This document shows, in pieces, positions 1 through 9,300 of a stretch of DNA of 64,000 nucleotides. The DNA lies in assembly GCA_964057225.1 (NCBI GenBank), contig OZ059895.1:23312001-23376000 (forward strand). Reading direction: 5' to 3'. The notes under the pieces were generated by a model, which had not been told where the DNA came from, made no database searches, and saw only the letters and a list, made by a program, of their open reading frames with translations. The DNA comes from Auanema rhodensis. Lineage: Eukaryota > Animalia > Nematoda. How positions within the stretch are numbered: position 1 is the first letter of the stretch; every line of letters begins with the position of its first letter. The position numbers and the translations under genes are program-made.

Positions 1-20
1 CTTTGCCTTGAAAAAAGGAA

Positions 21-92
21 TCTAAAAACATCTACTTTTTGCTAAATTATTTTGAAATTTTTCGAAAAAATTTTTGTCAAAATGTTTTTGGA
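21..92. other. Nested imperfect inverted repeats in each monomer around TTTTTCGAAAAA
   Basis: TCTAAAAACAT (21-31) pairs with ATGTTTTT(G/A)GA (82-92). ATTTTGA (49-55) pairs with TCAAAAT (77-83). TTTTTCGAAAAA (58-69) is a perfect palindrome. Confidence 0.85.
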
Positions 93-96
93 AGCA

Positions 97-124
97 ATGT
101 TGAGTGTACATGGAAACTCAACAT
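97..124. other. Perfect 9-bp inverted repeat with 10-nt spacer in each monomer
   Basis: ATGTTGAGT (97-105) - GTACATGGAA - ACTCAACAT (116-124). Confidence 0.92.
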
Positions 125-192
125 ACACTAATGCATCATTTTTCAAACGATCATAACTAATTTTTGTATTAAGCGTTTCTCAATGTAGTATA

Positions 193-262
193 GTGCATTC
201 GATGCGGATTTTTAAGCTGCGTCGATCTGTGTTATCAGATTTGCGCTAGCTTAAAAATGCAC
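193..262. other. Overlapping inverted-repeat cluster in each monomer (long hairpin p208-258, alternative hairpin p199-225)
   Basis: ATTTTTAAGCT (208-218) / AGCTTAAAAAT (248-258) is a perfect 11-bp pair, continued by GCG/CGC and ATCTG/CAGAT around loop TGTTAT. TCGATGCGG (199-207) / CTGCGTCGA (217-225) gives 7 Watson-Crick and 2 G-T pairs. GTGCATT (193-199) pairs with AATGCAC (256-262). Confidence 0.88.
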
Positions 263-301
263 CGAGATATCAACTGATATATGTTCACACTTATATCCTC
301 G
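263..301. other. Inverted-repeat cluster built on GATAT/ATATC in each monomer
   Basis: ATATCA-AC-TGATAT (267-280). GATATA(T/A)GT-TCAC-ACTTATATC (276-297). CGAGATAT (263-270) pairs with ATATCCTCG (293-301) with one bulge. Confidence 0.85.
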
Positions 302-3300
302 ATTTTCACCCTGAAGAATTAATTTTTTCGTTGAATAACAATGTCCATCGTCTTTGCCTTGAAAAAAGGAATCTAAAAACATCTACTTTTTGCTAAATTA
401 TTCTGAAATTTTTCGAAAAAATTTTTGTCAAAATGTTTTTGGAAGCAATGTTGAGTGTACATGGAAACTCAACATACACTAATGCATCATTTTTCAAACG
501 ATCATAACTAATTTTTGTATTGAGCGTTTCTCAATGTAGTATAGTGCATTCGATGCGGATTTTTAAGCTGCGTCGATCTGTGTTATCAGATTTGCGCTAG
601 CTTAAAAATGCACCGAGATATCAACTGATATAAGTTCACACTTATATCCTCGATTTTCACCCTGAAGAATTAATTTTTTCGTTGAATAACAATGTCCATC
701 GTCTTTGCCTTGAAAAAAGAAATCTAAAAACATCTACTTTTTGCTAAATTATTTTGAAATTTTTCGAAAAAATTTTTGTCAAAATGTTTTTAGAAGCAAT
801 GTTGAGTGTACATGGAAACTCAACATACACTAATGCATCATTTTTCAAACGATCATAACTAATTTTTGTATTAAGCGTTTCTCAATGTAGTATAGTGCAT
901 TCGATGCGGATTTTTAAGCTGCAATGATCTGTGTTATCAGATTTGCGCTAGCTTAAAAATGCACCGAGATATCAACTGATATATGTTCACACTTATATCC
1001 TCGATTTTCACCCTGAAGAATTAATTTTTTCGTTGAATAACAATGTTCATCGTCTTTGCCTTGAAAAAAGGAATCTAAAAACATCTACTTTTTGCTAAAT
1101 TATTTTGAAATTTTTCGAAAAAATTTTTGTCAAAATGTTTTTGGAAGCAATGTTGAGTGTACATGGAAACTCAACATACACTAATGCATCATTTTTCAAA
1201 CGATCATAACTAATTTTTGTATTAAGCGTTTCTCAATGTAGTATAGTGCATTCGATGCGGATTTTTAAGCTGCAATGATCTGTGTTATCAGATTTGCGCT
1301 AGCTTAAAAATGCACCGAGATATCAACTGATATATGTTCACACTTATATCCTCGATTTTCACCCTGAAGAATTAATTTTTTCGTTGAATAACAATGTTCA
1401 TCGTCTTTGCCTTGAAAAAAGGAATCTAAAAACATCTACTTTTTGCTAAATTATTTTGAAATTTTTCGAAAAAATTTTTGTCAAAATGTTTTTGGAAGCA
1501 ATGTTGAGTGTACATGGAAACTCAACATACACTAATGCATCATTTTTCAAACGATCATAACTAATTTTTGTATTAAGCGTTTCTCAATGTAGTATAGTGC
1601 ATTCGATGCGGATTTTTAAGCTGCGTCGATCTGTGTTATCAGATTTGCGCTAGCTTAAAAATGCACCGAGATATCAACTGATATATGTTCACACTTATAT
1701 CCTCGATTTTCACCCTGAAGAATTAATTTTTTCGTTGAATAACAATGTTCATCGTCTTTGCCTTGAAAAAAGGAATCTAAAAACATCTACTTTTTGCTAA
1801 ATTATTTTGAAATTTTTCGAAAAAATTTTTGTCAAAATGTTTTTGGAAGCAATGTTGAGTGTACATGGAAACTCAACATACACTAATGCATCATTTTTCA
1901 AACGATCATAACTAATTTTTGTATTAAGCGTTTCTCAATGTAGTATAGTGCATTCGATGCGGATTTTTAAGCTGCAATGATCTGTGTTATCAGATTTGCG
2001 CTAGCTTAAAAATGCACCGAGATATCAACTGATATATGTTCACACTTATATCCTCGATTTTCACCCTGAAGAATTAATTTTTTCGTTGAATAACAATGTT
2101 CATCGTCTTTGCCTTGAAAAAAGGAATCTAAAAACATCTACTTTTTGCTAAATTATTTTGAAATTTTTCGAAAAAATTTTTGTCAAAATGTTTTTGGAAG
2201 CAATGTTGAGTGTACATGGAAACTCAACATACACTAATGCATCATTTTTCAAACGATCATAACTAATTTTTGTATTAAGCGTTTCTCAATGTAGTATAGT
2301 GCATTCGATGCGGATTTTTAAGCTGCGTCGATCTGTGTTATCAGATTTGCGCTAGCTTAAAAATGCACCGAGATATCAACTGATATATGTTCACACTTAT
2401 ATCCTCGATTTTCACCCTGAAGAATTAATTTTTTCGTTGAATAACAATGTTCATCGTCTTTGCCTTGAAAAAAGGAATCTAAAAACATCTACTTTTTGCT
2501 AAATTATTTTGAAATTTTTCGAAAAAATTTTTGTCAAAATGTTTTTGGAAGCAATGTTGAGTGTACATGGAAACTCAACATACACTAATGCATCATTTTT
2601 CAAACGATCATAACTAATTTTTGTATTAAGCGTTTCTCAATGTAGTATAGTGCATTCGATGCGGATTTTTAAGCTGCGTCGATCTGTGTTATCAGATTTG
2701 CGCTAGCTTAAAAATGCACCGAGATATCAACTGATATATGTTCACACTTATATCCTCGATTTTCACCCTGAAGAATTAATTTTTTCGTTGAATAACAATG
2801 TTCATCGTCTTTGCCTTGAAAAAAGGAATCTAAAAACATCTACTTTTTGCTAAATTATTTTGAAATTTTTCGAAAAAATTTTTGTCAAAATGTTTTTGGA
2901 AGCAATGTTGAGTGTACATGGAAACTCAACATACACTAATGCATCATTTTTCAAACGATCATAACTAATTTTTGTATTAAGCGTTTCTCAATGTAGTATA
3001 GTGCATTCGATGCGGATTTTTAAGCTGCGTCGATCTGTGTTATCAGATTTGCGCTAGCTTAAAAATGCACCGAGATATCAACTGATATATGTTCACACTT
3101 ATATCCTCGATTTTCACCCTGAAGAATTAATTTTTTCGTTGAATAACAATGTTCATCGTCTTTGCCTTGAAAAAAGGAATCTAAAAACATCTACTTTTTG
3201 CTAAATTATTTTGAAATTTTTCGAAAAAATTTTTGTCAAAATGTTTTTGGAAGCAATGTTGAGTGTACATGGAAACTCAACATACACTAATGCATCATTT

Positions 3301-6300
3301 TTCAAACGATCATAACTAATTTTTGTATTAAGCGTTTCTCAATGTAGTATAGTGCATTCGATGCGGATTTTTAAGCTGCGTCGATCTGTGTTATCAGATT
3401 TGCGCTAGCTTAAAAATGCACCGAGATATCAACTGATATATGTTCACACTTATATCCTCGATTTTCACCCTGAAGAATTAATTTTTTCGTTGAATAACAA
3501 TGTCCATCGTCTTTGCCTTGAAAAAAGGAATCTAAAAACATCTACTTTTTGCTAAATTATTCTGAAATTTTTCGAAAAAATTTTTGTCAAAATGTTTTTG
3601 GAAGCAATGTTGAGTGTACATGGAAACTCAACATACACTAATGCATCATTTTTCAAACGATCATAACTAATTTTTGTATTGAGCGTTTCTCAATGTAGTA
3701 TAGTGCATTCGATGCGGATTTTTAAGCTGCGTCGATCTGTGTTATCAGATTTGCGCTAGCTTAAAAATGCACCGAGATATCAACTGATATAAGTTCACAC
3801 TTATATCCTCGATTTTCACCCTGAAGAATTAATTTTTTCGTTGAATAACAATGTCCATCGTCTTTGCCTTGAAAAAAGAAATCTAAAAACATCTACTTTT
3901 TGCTAAATTATTTTGAAATTTTTCGAAAAAATTTTTGTCAAAATGTTTTTAGAAGCAATGTTGAGTGTACATGGAAACTCAACATACACTAATGCATCAT
4001 TTTTCAAACGATCATAACTAATTTTTGTATTAAGCGTTTCTCAATGTAGTATAGTGCATTCGATGCGGATTTTTAAGCTGCAATGATCTGTGTTATCAGA
4101 TTTGCGCTAGCTTAAAAATGCACCGAGATATCAACTGATATATGTTCACACTTATATCCTCGATTTTCACCCTGAAGAATTAATTTTTTCGTTGAATAAC
4201 AATGTTCATCGTCTTTGCCTTGAAAAAAGGAATCTAAAAACATCTACTTTTTGCTAAATTATTTTGAAATTTTTCGAAAAAATTTTTGTCAAAATGTTTT
4301 TGGAAGCAATGTTGAGTGTACATGGAAACTCAACATACACTAATGCATCATTTTTCAAACGATCATAACTAATTTTTGTATTAAGCGTTTCTCAATGTAG
4401 TATAGTGCATTCGATGCAGATTTTTAAGCTGCGTCGATCTGTGTTATCAGATTTGCGCTAGCTTAAAAATGCACCGAGATATCAACTGATATAAGTTCAC
4501 ACTTATATCCTCGATTTTCACCCTGAAGAATTAATTTTTTCGTTGAATAACAATGTCCATCGTCTTTGCCTTGAAAAAAGAAATCTAAAAACATCTACTT
4601 TTTGCTAAATTATTTTGTTAATTTTTCGAAAAAATTTTTGTCAAAATGTTTTTGGAAGCAATGTTGAGTGTACATGGAAACTCAACATACACTAATGCAT
4701 CATTTTTCAAACGATCATAACTATTTTTTGTATTAAGCGTTTCTCAATGTAGTATAGTGCATTCGATGCGGATTTTTAAGCTGCGTCGATCTGTGTTATC
4801 AGATTTGCGCTAGCTTAAAAATGCACCGAGATATCAACTGATATATGTTCACACTTATATCCTCGATTTTCACCCTGAAGAATTAATTTTTTCGTTGAAT
4901 AACAATGTTCATCGTCTTTGCCTTGAAAAAAGGAATCTAAAAACATCTACTTTTTGCTAAATTATTTTGAAATTTTTCGAAAAAATTTTTGTCAAAATGT
5001 TTTTGGAAGCAATGTTGAGTGTACATGGAAACTCAACATACACTAATGCATCATTTTTCAAACGATCATAACTAATTTTTGTATTAAGCGTTTCTCAATG
5101 TAGTATAGTGCATTCGATGCGGATTTTTAAGCTGCGTCGATCTGTGTTATCAGATTTGCGCTAGCTTAAAAATGCACCGAGATATCAACTGATATATGTT
5201 CACACTTATATCCTCGATTTTCACCCTGAAGAATTAATTTTTTCGTTGAATAACAATGTTCATCGTCTTTGCCTTGAAAAAAGGAATCTAAAAACATCTA
5301 CTTTTTGCTAAATTATTTTGAAATTTTTCGAAAAAATTTTTGTCAAAATGTTTTTGGAAGCAATGTTGAGTGTACATGGAAACTCAACATACACTAATGC
5401 ATCATTTTTCAAACGATCATAACTGATTTTTGTATTAAGCGTTTCTCAATGTAGTATAGTGCATTCGATGCGGATTTTTAAGCTGCGTCGATCTGTGTTA
5501 TCAGATTTGCGCTAGCTTAAAAATGCACCGAGATATCAACTGATATAAGTTCACACTTATATCCTCGATTTTCACCCTGAAGAATTAATTTTTTCGTTGA
5601 ATAACAATGTCCATCGTCTTTGCCTTGAAAAAAGAAATCTAAAAACATCTACTTTTTGCTAAATTATTTTGAAATTTTTCGAAAAAATTTTTGTCAAAAT
5701 GTTTTTGGAAGCAATGTTGAGTGTACATGGAAACTCAACATACACTAATGCATCATTTTTCAAACGATCATAACTAATTTTTGTATTAAGCGTTTCTCAA
5801 TGTAGTATAGTGCATTCGATGCAGATTTTTAAGCTGCGTCGATCTGTGTTATCAGATTTGCGCTAGCTTAAAAATGCACCGAGATATCAACTGATATATG
5901 TTCACACTTATATCCTCGATTTTCACCCTGAAGAATTAATTTTTTCGTTGAATAACAATGTCCATCGTCTTTGCCTTGAAAAAAGGAATCTAAAAACATC
6001 TACTTTTTGCTAAATTATTTTGAAATTTTTCGAAAAAATTTTTGTCAAAATGTTTTTGGAAGCAATGTTGAGTGTACATGGAAACTCAACATACACTAAT
6101 GCATCATTTTTCAAACGATCATAACTAATTTTTGTATTAAGCGTTTCTCAATGTAGTATAGTGCATTCGATGCGGATTTTTAAGCTGCGTCGATCTGTGT
6201 TATCAGATTTGCGCTAGCTTAAAAATGCACCGAGATATCAACTGATATATGTTCACACTTATATCCTCGATTTTCACCCTGAAGAATTAATTTTTTCGTT

Positions 6301-9300
6301 GAATAACAATGTTCATCGTCTTTGCCTTGAAAAAAGGAATCTAAAAACATCTACTTTTTGCTAAATTATTTTGAAATTTTTCGAAAAAATTTTTGTCAAA
6401 ATGTTTTTGGAAGCAATGTTGAGTGTACATGGAAACTCAACATACACTAATGCATCATTTTTCAAACGATCATAACTAATTTTTGTATTAAGCGTTTCTC
6501 AATGTAGTATAGTGCATTCGATGCGGATTTTTAAGCTGCGTCGATCTGTGTTATCAGATTTGCGCTAGCTTAAAAATGCACCGAGATATCAACTGATATA
6601 TGTTCACACTTATATCCTCGATTTTCACCCTGAAGAATTAATTTTTTCGTTGAATAACAATGTTCATCGTCTTTGCCTTGAAAAAAGGAATCTAAAAACA
6701 TCTACTTTTTGCTAAATTATTTTGAAATTTTTCGAAAAAATTTTTGTCAAAATGTTTTTGGAAGCAATGTTGAGTGTACATGGAAACTCAACATACACTA
6801 ATGCATCATTTTTCAAACGATCATAACTGATTTTTGTATTAAGCGTTTCTCAATGTAGTATAGTGCATTCGATGCGGATTTTTAAGCTGCGTCGATCTGT
6901 GTTATCAGATTTGCGCTAGCTTAAAAATGCACCGAGATATCAACTGATATATGTTCACACTTATATCCTCGATTTTCACCCTGAAGAATTAATTTTTTCG
7001 TTGAATAACAATGTTCATCGTCTTTGTCTTGAAAAAAGGAATCTAAAAACATCTACTTTTTGCTAAATTATTTTGAAATTTTTCGAAAAAATTTTTGTCA
7101 AAATGTTTTTGGAAGCAATGTTGAGTGTACATGGAAACTCAACATACACTAATGCATCATTTTTCAAACGATCATAACTAATTTTTGTATTAAGCGTTTC
7201 TCAATGTAGTATAGTGCATTCGATGCGGATTTTTAAGCTGCGTCGATCTGTGTTATCAGATTTGCGCTAGCTTAAAAATGCACCGAGATATCAACTGATA
7301 TATGTTCACACTTATATCCTCGATTTTCACCCTGAAGAATTAATTTTTTCGTTGAATAACAATGTTCATCGTCTTTGTCTTGAAAAAAGGAATCTAAAAA
7401 CATCTACTTTTTGCTAAATTATTTTGAAATTTTTCGAAAAAATTTTTGTCAAAATGTTTTTGGAAGCAATGTTGAGTGTACATGGAAACTCAACATACAC
7501 TAATGCATCATTTTTCAAACGATCATAACTAATTTTTGTATTAAGCGTTTCTCAATGTAGTATAGTGCATTCGATGCGGATTTTTAAGCTGCGTCGATCT
7601 GTGTTATCAGATTTGCGCTAGCTTAAAAATGCACCGAGATATCAACTGATATATGTTCACACTTATATCCTCGATTTTCACCCTGAAGAATTAATTTTTT
7701 CGTTGAATAACAATGTTCATCGTCTTTGCCTTGAAAAAAGGAATCTAAAAACATCTACTTTTTGCTAAATTATTTTGAAATTTTTCGAAAAAATTTTTGT
7801 CAAAATGTTTTTGGAAGCAATGTTGAGTGTACATGGAAACTCAACATACACTAATGCATCATTTTTCAAACGATCATAACTAATTTTTGTATTAAGCGTT
7901 TCTCAATGTAGTATAGTGCATTCGATGCGGATTTTTAAGCTGCGTCGATCTGTGTTATCAGATTTGCGCTAGCTTAAAAATGCACCGAGATATCAACTGA
8001 TATAAGTTCACACTTATATCCTCGATTTTCACCCTGAAGAATTAATTTTTTCGTTGAATAACAATGTCCATCGTCTTTGCCTTGAAAAAAGAAATCTAAA
8101 AACATCTACTTTTTGCTAAATTATTTTGAAATTTTTCGAAAAAATTTTTGTCAAAATGTTTTTGGAAGCAATGTTGAGTGTACATGGAAACTCAACATAC
8201 ACTAATGCATCATTTTTCAAACGATCATAACTGATTTTTGTATTAAGCGTTTCTCAATGTAGTATAGTGCATTCGATGCGGATTTTTAAGCTGCGTCGAT
8301 CTGTGTTATCAGATTTGCGCTAGCTTAAAAATGCACCGAGATATCAACTGATATATGTTCACACTTATATCCTCGATTTTCACCCTGAAGAATTAATTTT
8401 TTCGTTGAATAACAATGTTCATCGTCTTTGTCTTGAAAAAAGGAATCTAAAAACATCTACTTTTTGCTAAATTATTTTGAAATTTTTCGAAAAAATTTTT
8501 GTCAAAATGTTTTTGGAAGCAATGTTGAGTGTACATGGAAACTCAACATACACTAATGCATCATTTTTCAAACGATCATAACTAATTTTTGTATTAAGCG
8601 TTTCTCAATGTAGTATAGTGCATTCGATGCGGATTTTTAAGCTGCGTCGATCTGTGTTATCAGATTTGCGCTAGCTTAAAAATGCACCGAGATATCAACT
8701 GATATATGTTCACACTTATATCCTCGATTTTCACCCTGAAGAATTAATTTTTTCGTTGAATAACAATGTTCATCGTCTTTGTCTTGAAAAAAGGAATCTA
8801 AAAACATCTACTTTTTGCTAAATTATTTTGAAATTTTTCGAAAAAATTTTTGTCAAAATGTTTTTGGAAGCAATGTTGAGTGTACATGGAAACTCAACAT
8901 ACACTAATGCATCATTTTTCAAACGATCATAACTAATTTTTGTATTAAGCGTTTCTCAATGTAGTATAGTGCATTCGATGCAGATTTTTAAGCTGCGTCG
9001 ATCTGTGTTATCAGATTTGCGCTAGCTTAAAAATGCACCGAGATATCAACTGATATAAGTTCACACTTATATCCTCGATTTTCACCCTGAAGAATTAATT
9101 TTTTCGTTGAATAACAATGTCCATCGTCTTTGCCTTGAAAAAAGAAATCTAAAAACATCTACTTTTTGCTAAATTATTTTGAAATTTTTCGAAAAAATTT
9201 TTGTCAAAATGTTTTTGGAAGCAATGTTGAGTGTACATGGAAACTCAACATACACTAATGCATCATTTTTCAAACGATCATAACTGATTTTTGTATTAAG

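Larger units (their letters stand above)
1..351. repeat. Representative monomer M1 (arbitrary register), 110/351 G+C (31%), with an A/T-tract-rich part and a more GC-rich part (p191-310, ~39%)
   Basis: Direct base count. Consensus sites seen: BstBI p61, BsrGI p105, NsiI p131, NheI p245, EcoRV p266. Confidence 0.97.
1..4212. repeat. Block duplication at a 9-monomer spacing (M1-3 = M10-12)
   Basis: The p52C+p171G monomer followed by the p18A+p90A+AAT monomer occurs at 352/703 and again at 3511/3862 (offset 3159). Confidence 0.8.

Noticed and set aside
11-89. Helically phased A-tracts causing intrinsic curvature
   Set aside because: Tract starts (p11, 24, 36, 50, 58, 65, 71, 79, 85) are irregularly spaced rather than at ~10.5 bp, so curvature cannot be claimed without modelling.
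208-258. Intrinsic terminator or Helitron 3' end (hairpin plus CTAG)
   Set aside because: There is no upstream gene or U-tract after the stem, and the CTAG (p246-249) lies inside the stem arm rather than downstream of a hairpin.
326-342. CENP-B box-like motif TTTCGTTGAATAACAAT
   Set aside because: It matches only the TTCG....A half of the box. The essential CGGG half is absent.
1-351. Tandem 5S rRNA, tRNA, snRNA or spliced-leader gene repeat
   Set aside because: Unit size is compatible, but I see no recognisable conserved RNA sequence, cloverleaf or Pol III A/B/C boxes. An Rfam/Infernal scan would be the definitive test.
1-351. Monomer as a diverged dimer of ~175-bp subunits
   Set aside because: Only short shared words occur (CAATGT at p95, p181, p339; AATTTTT at several sites), at inconsistent offsets, with no sustained half-to-half alignment.
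1-351. Assignment to a named family (e.g. Drosophila 359-bp 1.688 or tenebrionid 340-360-bp satellites)
   Set aside because: Length and A+T content are similar, but I do not recognise sequence identity. A database search is required.
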